Shown here: positions 18,704 through 28,961 of the stretch, piece by piece
Layout of the letters: every line of letters begins with the position of its first letter
How positions within the stretch are numbered: position 1 is the first letter of the stretch
NCBI GenBank assembly: GCA_039809245.1
Contig: JBDHUP010000002.1
Span: 75,188-139,187 of the forward strand
From: Minisyncoccia bacterium
GTDB taxonomy: Bacteria; Patescibacteriota; Minisyncoccia; Phycocordibacterales; UBA9973
Direction of reading: 5' to 3'
DNA: 64,000 nt
Position numbers and translations under genes: made by a program
Notes under the pieces: model-generated
The model's database searches: none
Told to the model about the DNA's origin: nothing
The model's input: only the letters and a program-made list of their open reading frames with translations

Positions 18704-20545
18704 TTATGAAGGGTTGGATGTGTTTGATGTGGTTAGTTCGTCCTTTGCTTTCTTTATAGCAAGTATTTGCGAAGGATCAGAAGTGATTATCTGATCTTCT
18801 GTATATGAAGCAATAGTCTTTACAGCTACGTGCTTAAGACCAGCGAAGAATATCCCCTCCCCGACGTTTGCCTCAAGAAGTAAGTACTTCTCTTCATCTG
18901 TTAAATTAAAGGTTTTTTGCAATACATCAACAGTAGATGGAGATTGCTTCAATAGTAATTGGATTGAAGAGTTCGTAACAATTGGCACACCGTAAGGGCT
19001 TTTCATGAAATCCCCTACGTCTTGAGTAATAGTTGCAAGGCCGAGATAGTATTTACGCCCACGTTTTGCAATAGAATATAAGAATGAAGCAGTATCTTCT
19101 GACTTCATCATCCACCAAGCCTCATCCACAACAAGAAGCCTTTTCTTTATATTTTTACGGATTGCATTCCATATAAAGTGAGTAACTATATACATAGCAA
19201 CTGGTTTTAGCTCGTCTTCCATGTCACGGACAGAGAAAACAACGAACTTTCTGTTTATATCTACGTTCGATGGTTGGTTTAAGAATGATGACCATGATCC
19301 GTGAGTGAATTTCGCCAATCTTTGTATTAGTGAACCACTACCATCCATACCAGCGAGAACCATTTCAAAATCAGAAAGAAGAGGCGGTTCTATATCCGCG
19401 AAGTTTGAATCGGCTGTAATATCTTTCAATGCATATGTCTCAGTAATAGCACTATCGATAATAGAATCTTCTTCTGGGGTTAGTCCTCCAAGCATTATGC
19501 GGAATAATCCTACAAGGTTTATGGTGTTTGCACGTAAAACGTCAGCCCCTGTTTCATCGGCTGTAGGTATAGGTAAATCGAAAGGATTAATATGGTGATC
19601 AGAAGAAAGAGCAATATTAAAGTATCTTCCTCCGACAGCTTCAGACAAATACTCATACTCACGCTCTGGGTCGATAACAATAACTTCAGTATCAAACATC
19701 AGAGTGCGGATTATCTCGAGTTTGGTTGCATAAGACTTACCCGCTCCAGAAGTAGCAAACGTAATAGAATTATAGTTTGGAAGTGAGAATCTATCAAAGA
19801 TAATAAGACTAGAATTGTGTCGATTTACTCCATATAGTATTCCTTTATCAGAAGTAAGATCAAAAGATACAAAAGGGAAAAGACTAGACAAAGGCTCTGT
19901 ATTTAGCTTCTGGTGTATTCCTAGTAAGTCAGTTTCTAAAGGGATAACACTCTTGAATGCTTCACCTTGTTGGAATAGTGCAGGCTTTAGATATACTAAT
20001 TTTGATTCAAGAAGTGATTTGATCTCACTTTCAACTTTAAAGAGGTCATTTTCACTATCAGCATATATTGTTATGTACAGACCTACATCGAACATTTTCT
20101 CTTGTGCTTGCATCAAATTATCTCTTAAACCTTCAAGATCTCTGTATGCAGTGTCGAGCATTGGATCACGAACAAGACCTTTTGATTCGCGGATAGAAAT
20201 CTGACTTTGGACTTCAGCTACCTTTTTCTGGAACATATGTAGCACATCTCCAGTATCAATTGGATGTATGAAAATAGACACATCGAAAACTTTATCTAGA
20301 TTTATGATAGGAGAAAACCAGTTATCTGTTAGATATCTAGGATATGAAATAACAAAGAAAGTGCGAGCAATTTTATCACCTAGATTGAGCGACTTCGGAG
20401 TTACTTGAAGAGCTGAAGGGGCTATGATATCTTGGAGTTCTAAAGTTGCGGCTTTATATATTTCAGTAGGAAGCACTGGCATAACAGTACTTTTTGCTTT
20501 TGAAACATTATCCCCTTTCCCAAATAATGATGAAAATATACCCAT
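18704..20545 (-). CDS. virB4: VirB4/TrbE/CagE-family conjugative-transfer-type ATPase (ATPase domain)
   Basis: Walker A FATSGAGKSYATK, Walker B LLVVDEAWWM, conserved ITQDVGDF segment. Length and order typical of VirB4. Confidence 0.8.
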   Translation of the reverse strand: MGIFSSLFGKGDNVSKAKSTVMPVLPTEIYKAATLELQDIIAPSALQVTPKSLNLGDKIARTFFVISYPRYLTDNWFSPIINLDKVFDVSIFIHPIDTGDVLHMFQKKVAEVQSQISIRESKGLVRDPMLDTAYRDLEGLRDNLMQAQEKMFDVGLYITIYADSENDLFKVESEIKSLLESKLVYLKPALFQQGEAFKSVIPLETDLLGIHQKLNTEPLSSLFPFVSFDLTSDKGILYGVNRHNSSLIIFDRFSLPNYNSITFATSGAGKSYATKLEIIRTLMFDTEVIVIDPEREYEYLSEAVGGRYFNIALSSDHHINPFDLPIPTADETGADVLRANTINLVGLFRIMLGGLTPEEDSIIDSAITETYALKDITADSNFADIEPPLLSDFEMVLAGMDGSGSLIQRLAKFTHGSWSSFLNQPSNVDINRKFVVFSVRDMEDELKPVAMYIVTHFIWNAIRKNIKKRLLVVDEAWWMMKSEDTASFLYSIAKRGRKYYLGLATITQDVGDFMKSPYGVPIVTNSSIQLLLKQSPSTVDVLQKTFNLTDEEKYLLLEANVGEGIFFAGLKHVAVKTIASYTEDQIITSDPSQILAIKKAKDELTTSNTSNPS

Positions 20546-20546
20546 A

Positions 20547-21200
20547 TTATTGTAATTTTATACCCTGACTAATGTCCCCAGGATTAAATGTCTTATAAAA
20601 AAGTTCTACTATCTCCTCTGTTTTCAATTGGCTACTTCTTATACCAATACCTCCAAGCCCAGAAATAATAACGTTAATACGTTGATCAAGCTGACTACGC
20701 TTCTCCTCGAAAGATGCTAAGTCCATAGCCTTTTTATTTTCTTCTACTTGTTTCTTCTCTGCTTTGCCACCAATTATCTTATCTAAAACATCATCGCTTG
20801 ATTTAAATACAGCAGAACTATATGGAACAACTACAAAGAAAGTTTTCGTCATAATGTTTACCTCATCAGTAAAAGAACGTATAAAATCAATATATTCCTT
20901 TGTTTGTATTTTTAATAACTTCTCATTTTGAACCTTCAATCTCTCTTCTAACATTAAAAGATAAGGACGGATATCGAGTCTACGAGACTGCATTACAATC
21001 TGAGTAGGAAAATCTAATCCATTTAAAAAAGATTGGAACTGACTAATAATAGCAGTCTGTTCATCAGAAGACTTTAGGGAAAGGTTAATAGAAGAAGCAA
21101 TGAGAACAGCACGAAGCCCTCCATCCTTTAGAATGATGACCCCGTTACGGACTTCTTTGATTGGTACAAATTCTTGAGCTGCACGTGCATTTATCGCCAT
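20547..21200 (-). CDS. VirB4 N-terminal domain homolog encoded as a separate ORF (junction TAA-T-ATG with the ATPase ORF)
   Basis: VPIKEVRNGVIILKDGGLRAVLIASSINLS pattern resembles the VirB4/CagE N-terminal domain. Stop at 20547-20549, next ATG at 20543-20545, different frame. Confidence 0.5.
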   Translation of the reverse strand: MAINARAAQEFVPIKEVRNGVIILKDGGLRAVLIASSINLSLKSSDEQTAIISQFQSFLNGLDFPTQIVMQSRRLDIRPYLLMLEERLKVQNEKLLKIQTKEYIDFIRSFTDEVNIMTKTFFVVVPYSSAVFKSSDDVLDKIIGGKAEKKQVEENKKAMDLASFEEKRSQLDQRINVIISGLGGIGIRSSQLKTEEIVELFYKTFNPGDISQGIKLQ

Positions 21201-21229
21201 ACTATAATTATATCATATATTAACTAGCA

Positions 21230-21637
21230 TTAATTTTCTTTCTCTTCTACGTCTAGACTCCAGGATAGATCTTTTAGTTTACTACTACTTAGTGTAGGTA
21301 GAGTAGAGACTTTTGAAGGCATATTAATGTCTTCATCTTTTTTATCGCTATTTTTCGCTAAGCGTTGCTTCCAAACATAAAGTTTACTTGAAACTGCGTA
21401 GCTAATAGCTGCTTGAAGATAGTAAATAAATGGTTTGTTGTTTATCTTGTGGAAAGTAAGAAGCGCAGCAAGACCTGCCACAGGAATTATTAAGAAAATA
21501 CCAATCCAAAGAGGAAGAAGCTTGTATATTACGAATATCATACCAGCTCCACCGACTAAGTAGACGAATTGTCGGAAAGTAAAAGGACCGAAAAGTTTAT
21601 CTTCGATATCGATAAATTGTGGAACTTTGAATTGCAT
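21230..21637 (-). CDS. PrgI-like / VirB3-like small two-TM T4SS protein
   Basis: 135 aa. N-terminal VPQFIDIEDKLFGPFTFRQFVYLVGG followed by two TM helices. Positioned immediately upstream of VirB4 as in Gram-positive T4SS operons. Confidence 0.55.
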   Translation of the reverse strand: MQFKVPQFIDIEDKLFGPFTFRQFVYLVGGAGMIFVIYKLLPLWIGIFLIIPVAGLAALLTFHKINNKPFIYYLQAAISYAVSSKLYVWKQRLAKNSDKKDEDINMPSKVSTLPTLSSSKLKDLSWSLDVEEKEN

Positions 21638-21656
21638 ATTTATATTGTATCACAAA

Positions 21657-22715
21657 CTATTCTATAGGTTCGTGGTAAGGATCGTGTTGTCTTGAAGTTA
21701 CCCCATCCTTACTTACCTTTGGCAGTGAGTAGTCAGTTGTAGAAGTAGAACTACTTGTTGCTCCAGCTAATTTGTCTCCGATGATACTCTTTTCAAGAAG
21801 ATCATCTTTCATTTCTTCCATTGGCATTGTTGGGATATTCTCTGGTGGTTTGGTATCTATTATTTCTTTCTCAGGAGTAACAATATTCTCTTTTGGTTTC
21901 TGTATATCTGCATCTTTCATTATTTCAATACCAGAATCTGAGTATATTTTGGATTCATCACTAGCTTTAGGAGTTGAACTCGTTACAACTTTTGGCATTG
22001 CATATGGTGGTATTGGGACCTCGTCGTCATCTAGATCTTCCGTATCATTACCTCCCCAATGCTTCTTTAATATCTCTTTAATATTCTTTAAAACTTTCTC
22101 ATTCACTTCATCTACAATTTCAATGATCTCCTCTTTTGGTATGGCTATGTTTGCTTGTAACTCGGCTTCATATCTATCTGGATGAATTATACCGAGCATT
22201 ACTTTTGTTGTAGCTTCATCGAGAGCCCCCATATGATTAATAGAAAGTTTGTGTTTGCTCGCTATTTCATATAGAGCAGCTTGATAACCAGATTCACTGA
22301 TTGCAACTTGTACTTCTTTAGGTAGCTTTGCAAAGCGTTCGTCAAGTTCTTTTACTCCACCATAATTTTTTTCGGCAACATCAATATTGTTTTTATTATA
22401 GGCTTCTGATAATTTTGGTTTTATTACATCTAGTATACTTGTATTTATTTCTCCAACCATTTTTTGAATTAAATCTGCCGAAATCGAAATCTCAGCTTCA
22501 AGATTTCTTTCATATTCTTCTGCGCTAATCATACCAAGTAACACTAGGGTTGTTTCAGCCCCAAGGGAACCTTTTTGTTCTTCTGTAAGACCATACTTGC
22601 TACTAATTTCTCCAATAGCATCCATCCACTTCATACTAGAAAACATTTCTTGCATATCTGGTGAAAGTTTTGAGTAATATAAGGCTATTTGTTGTTGTAA
22701 TTGTGTTTGATCCAT
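21657..22715 (-). CDS. T4SS-like cluster gene 6: cytoplasmic protein with an internal ~115-aa tandem duplication and an acidic/Pro-rich tail
   Basis: No signal peptide. Repeat 1 ...EISSKYGLTEEQ...VLLGMISAEEYERNLEAEISI..., repeat 2 ...EIASKHKLSINH...VMLGIIHPDRYEAELQANIAI... Confidence 0.5.
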   Translation of the reverse strand: MDQTQLQQQIALYYSKLSPDMQEMFSSMKWMDAIGEISSKYGLTEEQKGSLGAETTLVLLGMISAEEYERNLEAEISISADLIQKMVGEINTSILDVIKPKLSEAYNKNNIDVAEKNYGGVKELDERFAKLPKEVQVAISESGYQAALYEIASKHKLSINHMGALDEATTKVMLGIIHPDRYEAELQANIAIPKEEIIEIVDEVNEKVLKNIKEILKKHWGGNDTEDLDDDEVPIPPYAMPKVVTSSTPKASDESKIYSDSGIEIMKDADIQKPKENIVTPEKEIIDTKPPENIPTMPMEEMKDDLLEKSIIGDKLAGATSSSTSTTDYSLPKVSKDGVTSRQHDPYHEPIE

Positions 22716-22727
22716 AATTATTTAATA

Positions 22728-25439
22728 TTAGTGATGTCCTCCTCCACCATGATCATCACTACTTTTACCATGACTTTCTTCTACTTTCACGCTTACCTTT
22801 GCACTCTTTAATGCTTCTGTAATTGTATGACCAATATCTTTCAAGAAATCATTTTGACCAGAACCGTGATTTATATTACTTGTTTTTAATCCTGTCCTTA
22901 CTCCCATAGCAATACCAGCTATTAACCCTGCTGTCATCTTTGTTCCAATCCCTTCCCTCTTATCTGCTTTAGTTTGTGAAAGGTTTCTAGCATCATAACT
23001 ACCTTTGTTTGATCTAGAGAAAACTCTTTCTACCCCACTAATTTTCTTGCTAGATTCTTCCTGTAAATGACTAAATCTTGTATTAGATTCTTTCTCTATA
23101 GAAGTTTTTAATACAGCATTAAATTCAACATTTAACTTGTCTTCAATTTCCTTCTTTGCTTCGTCAGTTAATTCCCCATTCTTACCAACCTTTGTATTTT
23201 TACCTGTGGTAGGATCTTTATATGATTTAGCGGCAGAAACTTCTGCTCCTCTATTTGCAGCTTTAAATCCACTTTCTCCTCCAGTGATAATATTACCATT
23301 CCTATCTTTAGCAGGCTGACCTGTTGAGTCAACAAGTGGGGCTGCACCTTTTCTTATATCGGCTTCAATTTCACCCTTCTTTTCTTTTGTATAAGTTTTA
23401 GCTAGCTTTTCTTTATCCACTCCTGATAGTTGGTAATCTTCAACACCTTTTAGTCCAGCCTTTTCTTTAATAGCATCAACTTCATGGCGAGCGTGGTCTA
23501 CTTCGTTTACTTTCATTTGTTTTGCATTTAGATTACCACCTAATCTAGTCAAGAGACTTGTTTTAACTCCAGCAGCTTTTGCATGATCTTCCCATTTTGG
23601 CTTAGCTCCCTTCTTACCACCGTTTTCCCAAGCTTCCAGTTTCTGATTAAAAGCTAGTTTTTCTTTTCCATAATGCATAGCATCTGGTGTTCTAGAAGCA
23701 GCAGCCATACCTCTTCCTAATAGGTTTCTACCAAGCATTGCTCCTCCCAATGCTGCGCCACCAAGAGCAAGTCCTCCAATAGTTGCAACTCCACCTGTGA
23801 TTGATTGACCAAGTTTACCAGACATATCCTTCGCTAGATCTTTAGCTTTCCAAAGAAGAACCATAATAAATGCAAACGGTACAACAGTAGCTACTATGAA
23901 AGCTATACCACTTAGGTCTTGTGTATTTATTAAACCTAATCCAGTTTGTAAAAATGCAATTATTAAGTACAAGAAGAACATAAATACTGGAGCAAGGAAT
24001 GCCAGCTTTAGAGTTTCAGGCCACCAATGTTTCCAACCAACCATACTCATACCTTGCATTGCTGGTACTGTATAACTAAAGAATGCTAAAGGCACAAATA
24101 TCATAGCAAGCCATAAACCTATAACTCTTGCTATGAATATCATTCCAACAGATAAAAAGACAATTATACCAGTTACATTTACCGCAACAGCAAGTAATGT
24201 TATTAAAATAAAAGCTCCCGCTCCTAAGTTACCTCCATTTATTGTTGCATCACTTACTTTTTGACCGCTTACAGAGTCTTCTACACTAACATTATTTGCT
24301 CCATTTATTATTAGATTCTGTGGGTTTACCTTATTCACAATAGCAGCTGATAATGGTATTTCACCATTTGGACCTTCTTTTAAAGATGGGGTGCTATCAG
24401 AAACACCGTTTGCTCCACTTTCTGTAATTTTTATAGCATCAGAATTGTAAAAAACTCTGGCTAATATATTTGAACTATCTATAATAACTTGTGCAGCGAA
24501 AAGACTAAAGTTAATAAGTAGACCAATTATGACTACATTTATTATAAGTTGCTTTGTATTTGGACCATGACCACCACTAAAACCTAATATAGTTCTAAAC
24601 GCTATATATAGTAGGACAAAGATAAAGAATATATTACAAAAATCGCGAACTATTCCCCATCCTTGTAAAACGAAAGGTGAACGATAAGATGAATCACTAA
24701 CTGAATAATGGAAAGTAAAATCAAAAAACTGACCAGTTAATGCAAATATATATGAAGTGGGTATAAAAAGTACGTAATAAATAAGTTGCGCCGCACACCC
24801 CACTACGGTTCCTGTTTTTGAGAATAATCCACAAGGGGGCATTATCGCATCTAAACTCAAACTTTTTTTGACAGAAGTTGATGTGGTAGTAACATCACCA
24901 CTTTTGTTTGTCGTAATATTAAAAGATAGATATGCTGCATCATTATTACTACCAAGTGTTAGATTGTTTACTATAAAAGTTAGAGGGGCACCCCAAAAAC
25001 CTATAGTTTGAGTAGCTACTATAGTTACATGATATGTTGTATTCGGAGATAGCCCTGTTATTGGTAGACTACCCCTTTGTACAGTGTATGGAAGAGGGTC
25101 GCTAGTATGGTTTGCACGGTAAGCCTGCGTAGCAGCATCATCAGTGTTTACCGTCATATCTGTTTTAGTTATAACCGAAGATCCATCTTTCTGTAATAGA
25201 ACCTGAATATCATCACTAGTTCTATTGTCGTCTATATACCAAACGACTTTTGCGTCTGGTGTTATTGTTGTATCGTTTTTTGCTACACTAGCTTCTAAAG
25301 ATATTCCTACTACATCTTTTGCTTCAGCTACCGACTTTTTTATTATAGGGTTATTTTGATTGTCTATTCCAAAACTAAAAGGCGCGAAGATGTTCACAAG
25401 TATCAGAAATATAAAAATTGAAGGGAGAATCTTTTTCAC
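22728..25439 (-). CDS. VirB6/TrbL-like polytopic membrane protein (903 aa): signal peptide, ~200-aa extracytoplasmic beta domain, >=6 TM segments, ~350-aa Lys/Gly-rich cytoplasmic tail ending HGGGGHH
   Basis: Hydrophobic segments between residues ~190-560. Gly-zipper GGVATIGGLALGGAALGGAMLG. Architecture and position match VirB6-family proteins of monoderm T4SSs (PrgH/TcpH/ConG-like). Confidence 0.5.
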   Translation of the reverse strand: MKKILPSIFIFLILVNIFAPFSFGIDNQNNPIIKKSVAEAKDVVGISLEASVAKNDTTITPDAKVVWYIDDNRTSDDIQVLLQKDGSSVITKTDMTVNTDDAATQAYRANHTSDPLPYTVQRGSLPITGLSPNTTYHVTIVATQTIGFWGAPLTFIVNNLTLGSNNDAAYLSFNITTNKSGDVTTTSTSVKKSLSLDAIMPPCGLFSKTGTVVGCAAQLIYYVLFIPTSYIFALTGQFFDFTFHYSVSDSSYRSPFVLQGWGIVRDFCNIFFIFVLLYIAFRTILGFSGGHGPNTKQLIINVVIIGLLINFSLFAAQVIIDSSNILARVFYNSDAIKITESGANGVSDSTPSLKEGPNGEIPLSAAIVNKVNPQNLIINGANNVSVEDSVSGQKVSDATINGGNLGAGAFILITLLAVAVNVTGIIVFLSVGMIFIARVIGLWLAMIFVPLAFFSYTVPAMQGMSMVGWKHWWPETLKLAFLAPVFMFFLYLIIAFLQTGLGLINTQDLSGIAFIVATVVPFAFIMVLLWKAKDLAKDMSGKLGQSITGGVATIGGLALGGAALGGAMLGRNLLGRGMAAASRTPDAMHYGKEKLAFNQKLEAWENGGKKGAKPKWEDHAKAAGVKTSLLTRLGGNLNAKQMKVNEVDHARHEVDAIKEKAGLKGVEDYQLSGVDKEKLAKTYTKEKKGEIEADIRKGAAPLVDSTGQPAKDRNGNIITGGESGFKAANRGAEVSAAKSYKDPTTGKNTKVGKNGELTDEAKKEIEDKLNVEFNAVLKTSIEKESNTRFSHLQEESSKKISGVERVFSRSNKGSYDARNLSQTKADKREGIGTKMTAGLIAGIAMGVRTGLKTSNINHGSGQNDFLKDIGHTITEALKSAKVSVKVEESHGKSSDDHGGGGHH

Positions 25440-25503
25440 ACAATATATTATACCAATTTTATTACTAAATCCCAGCCTTTGATGCTGGTTTATTTAGTAA
25501 ATT

Positions 25504-26457
25504 TTACCAGATATTGAATAGCAATTCGTAAAGTCCATATCCTTGTACATATTCTGGTCCAGTAACTGTAGTAGCAGTAGTATTAACAGTTGTAGCAGGT
25601 TGTTGATAATAAGGATTGTCTTTTATTTCTTGAGGGCCTGTATAGCCTGGATTTGCTTTCTGAGCCTTACAATCATTTATCAGTATTGTAGCTTGCTTAA
25701 CTAATTCTTCATTAGTTTGATTATCATAATCTAGAAGAGTGATATCGTCTTCTATTCTGAGGGTTGGAGCTAGTAGATAGTACTGTCTAAGTAAAACTGC
25801 TAATTCAGCTTTCTCATCTTCGGTAAATACTAAAGGATCATCGGGGCACATACCACCTACTGCAGTTGTCGAGGTATCCCTTGTCCTACTTTCATCGTTG
25901 ATAGTTCTATCATATGAAAGATTATTATTTTCATTAAAGTCAGTGTGGCATCCTGGATCATTAATATCTGCAACACGGTCTCCATCATTATCAACTCCAT
26001 CAGAACATTGTGTGACAGTCACTGGTCCACCACTCGGTCCACAAGGAATCACATTTCCGTTTGAGTCTTTACACTCATTCGGGTTAGGCACTGGAGTTGG
26101 GATTGGAGCAAGCGGTGGAAGAATCGGTCCAGGTAGATTTGTATTTCCTCCACCATTTCCATTATTACCACCAGAGTTAGAGCCACCTCCGTTAGACACA
26201 CCAATATCTACATTGGTTACTCCATTGTCAGAGTCAGATGTATTAGTTGCTCCATTATTAGAATTATCTACTACTATAGTATCAGCCTTTTTTTCTTTAG
26301 ATGTTCCTAGTAAAGGAGAGAAAATTTTTCCAACAGTTGTTGAGCTATTAAATATTTTTGCATTACTTTTGAATAATAAATAACCCACTATCAAAAGCAG
26401 TAATACTACTATTATTGTAATCACTAAGGCTTTACTTTTTTTAGGGTTATGTTCCAT
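25504..26457 (-). CDS. T4SS-like cluster gene 4: membrane-anchored protein with Gly/Asn-rich and Pro-rich linkers and a Cys/Asp-rich putative metal(Ca)-binding module (CSDGVDNDGDRVADINDPGC)
   Basis: N-terminal TM ALVITIIVVLLLLIVGYLLF. MopE-like C-x-DG-x-DNDGD motif. Confidence 0.45.
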   Translation of the reverse strand: MEHNPKKSKALVITIIVVLLLLIVGYLLFKSNAKIFNSSTTVGKIFSPLLGTSKEKKADTIVVDNSNNGATNTSDSDNGVTNVDIGVSNGGGSNSGGNNGNGGGNTNLPGPILPPLAPIPTPVPNPNECKDSNGNVIPCGPSGGPVTVTQCSDGVDNDGDRVADINDPGCHTDFNENNNLSYDRTINDESRTRDTSTTAVGGMCPDDPLVFTEDEKAELAVLLRQYYLLAPTLRIEDDITLLDYDNQTNEELVKQATILINDCKAQKANPGYTGPQEIKDNPYYQQPATTVNTTATTVTGPEYVQGYGLYELLFNIW

Positions 26458-26466
26458 ACAATTTAA

Positions 26467-28935
26467 TTAATATTTTAGTACATCATTTTCTACCCAGGTT
26501 ACTTTTTCATTATCAAGACATATCTGTGGCATCGCTGGTAATCCATCGTTAGCTCTCCTTGTCTTTCTGCGATTTTGAGCGGCGGTAATTATTACATTTA
26601 CTTTGTCTTTTATAAAACCAAGTCTATATATAGCTCCACTAGTCTGGGCAAAGTTATCTTTTGCTGTATCAATAGCTCCTGGTAAATCTTCTGCATCGGT
26701 TACTATGTTCTTCGTCATATCAAGACCAGCTTGAGCCATAGGTAGGAATGCTGGATTATAATTTCCTTGTGGGGTAAACTCAGTCCTCATAGGACTATTA
26801 ATACCAAATTTGTCATTTACTTTAACGACATATTCGTCGTAAGCTCTCTTTGCGGCATCAGTCCACCTTGCAACTTGTGCTTCTACATATGCAGGGTCTA
26901 CATACCAATGGTTTGTTCCTATACCGTAAGTCTGATGATGATCATTATGAGCTATCCAGAATGATTGGTGCACTTCAATTTTTGGCCACAAGTTTCTAGC
27001 ATCATCGAATAATTTTTGATAATTTGTATAATCCGGATAAGAGATAACATCGTAAGAGTGATCGTAACTTGCAAATATTGAACCAATTCCACAGACAATA
27101 CCACTAGGATCTAAAGGAGCATTACAATTAAATATATCGGATATATGTTCTGTTGTTACGCCACTTAAGTAAGCAAAGTATTCATTTCGAGCTTCATCAG
27201 AGTTACTAACCCAGTTCGTATTTGGTCCTGGAATACAGTAATCAAGTTCAGAAAGCTTCGGAAGTACTTGTGGTAGAACAGCAACTGTCTTAGTAATAGA
27301 CTTCATATAATCTTTCTGAAGTTGGAACACACCCTTTTTATCTATAATATGTTTCGGTAATCCTAAGTTCCATTTCTTCCCATCATAATAAACTTTCTCT
27401 CCTACATGCCAGGTGTGAGTACCTGCAAATAATCTTGTATTACCTGAGACAGATACTGTATAGTACTGATTCTTTATTCCGGTATCAGGTAGTATCTCTG
27501 GAGTATTTGTATTTGCATCCCATGTGCCACTATCTATTGGTTGGGCATATTTGTTTCCTAGATCTTTTGTAAGATCAAAAGAAGCACTAACTTGATTGCC
27601 TCCGGTTTCTTCACCAAACACACCTGTTGATGAGAGAGTATTGCCCAGTGTATCGACAAGACTATTAGATCCGAATCCACCTCCGGCTGGTGTAGTCCAG
27701 TTGTTTACCTTTGATCCTAATCCTGACAAACCTTGGCTTTCAAATTTATTTATAAGAGCACTGAAAAGTGAATTTAATGCATCGTTTAAAGTGTCAGCCA
27801 GCTCTATTTGGCGCTCAGGAGAGTTGATATATGTATCAATTTTTGCTTTTATAACACTACCTGGAGTAACAGTTTCATATTTTAAACATCTAGGCACAGC
27901 TGTTGCGGAAGTTGTGTTGCCGCCACTCGGTGTACCTAAACAGTTCCCTTTTCTATCCTTAATACCACAAGAATCAGTACCTGTTGTTCTTGTTGGGGCA
28001 ACAGGAGCATATTCAATACATTTCTTCTGGTCAAATACTCCTCCATTTCTATTTAATTCATTCTGAGCATTTGAAGTGGCGACTTCTTTTTGATTCTCTA
28101 GATTTTCTGACGCTTTTAAATTAAACCCTAATGGATTATTTTGTGAATGTTGTGTTAGTGCTAACCAACCATTCCAACCACCTTGTGAAAAGTCAGTAGC
28201 GAAGCTATCAGGAGTTGCTCCTGGTTCTAGATAATCAGTCAGGTCTTGCTTTAAAGCCCCATATTGATCCTTCCCTACTTTGTATGCATTTATTTGCCCT
28301 CTCGCATAATCACGGCCGTATGGATAATATTTCTCATTATCAATATTCCCGAATATCTCAGTTTCCTTTTTCAGTATCCCTGTTGTAAGGCTGTCCATAT
28401 ATGAGTTTACATCTCTGACATATAAAGGGTCGCCATTGAACCCTGTTGTAATCCAGTTCATAGTGTATTTGGTCATAGCGGTCAACTGGTTTTTAGCAAG
28501 AGTGATAGCAATACCCTTCAAACAGTTTTCTGTGAAAGCTTTAGAATCGGCTGCATCCTTAACTTCTTGTTTTGTTTCCACCTCTTTTTCTAAATTACTC
28601 GAATCTATACTAGGGACACTACTGTTTTGCTGGGTAGTTGCATCTTTTTTTGTCGCAATTTTTTCTTTCTTTTTACTTAATATTTTTTGAGCAAATTGGA
28701 CTGTGACTTTTGAAACCTTATCTACTATTCCAGTACAACCTACCAGGTTAGTTAGTAGACCACTAGATATAATACCGTTGAGTGATAGCTTATAAGGATT
28801 ATCTCCATTCTTATTTGGATTGTCATAGTTTAGAGCTTGGTTATCAGCCAGTACAGTAGAAGGCAAAACAGCTTGCATTAAAAATATGCTAATGATAAAT
28901 AAAGATAATATTTTTTTAGCAGTCTGTTTCTTCAT
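26467..28935 (-). CDS. T4SS-like cluster gene 3: large (822 aa) secreted protein
   Basis: Signal peptide MKKQTAKKILSLFIISIFLMQAVLPSTVLA. No recognisable motif. Confidence 0.45.
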   Translation of the reverse strand: MKKQTAKKILSLFIISIFLMQAVLPSTVLADNQALNYDNPNKNGDNPYKLSLNGIISSGLLTNLVGCTGIVDKVSKVTVQFAQKILSKKKEKIATKKDATTQQNSSVPSIDSSNLEKEVETKQEVKDAADSKAFTENCLKGIAITLAKNQLTAMTKYTMNWITTGFNGDPLYVRDVNSYMDSLTTGILKKETEIFGNIDNEKYYPYGRDYARGQINAYKVGKDQYGALKQDLTDYLEPGATPDSFATDFSQGGWNGWLALTQHSQNNPLGFNLKASENLENQKEVATSNAQNELNRNGGVFDQKKCIEYAPVAPTRTTGTDSCGIKDRKGNCLGTPSGGNTTSATAVPRCLKYETVTPGSVIKAKIDTYINSPERQIELADTLNDALNSLFSALINKFESQGLSGLGSKVNNWTTPAGGGFGSNSLVDTLGNTLSSTGVFGEETGGNQVSASFDLTKDLGNKYAQPIDSGTWDANTNTPEILPDTGIKNQYYTVSVSGNTRLFAGTHTWHVGEKVYYDGKKWNLGLPKHIIDKKGVFQLQKDYMKSITKTVAVLPQVLPKLSELDYCIPGPNTNWVSNSDEARNEYFAYLSGVTTEHISDIFNCNAPLDPSGIVCGIGSIFASYDHSYDVISYPDYTNYQKLFDDARNLWPKIEVHQSFWIAHNDHHQTYGIGTNHWYVDPAYVEAQVARWTDAAKRAYDEYVVKVNDKFGINSPMRTEFTPQGNYNPAFLPMAQAGLDMTKNIVTDAEDLPGAIDTAKDNFAQTSGAIYRLGFIKDKVNVIITAAQNRRKTRRANDGLPAMPQICLDNEKVTWVENDVLKY

Positions 28936-28961
28936 TGAAATTAATGCTTATAGTATAACAC

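Noticed and set aside
20543-20549. Frameshift pseudogene call for VirB4
   Set aside because: The junction is a clean stop-T-ATG with a plausible start for the ATPase ORF and no homopolymer run. Kept as two CDSs and flagged for read-level checking rather than called a pseudogene.
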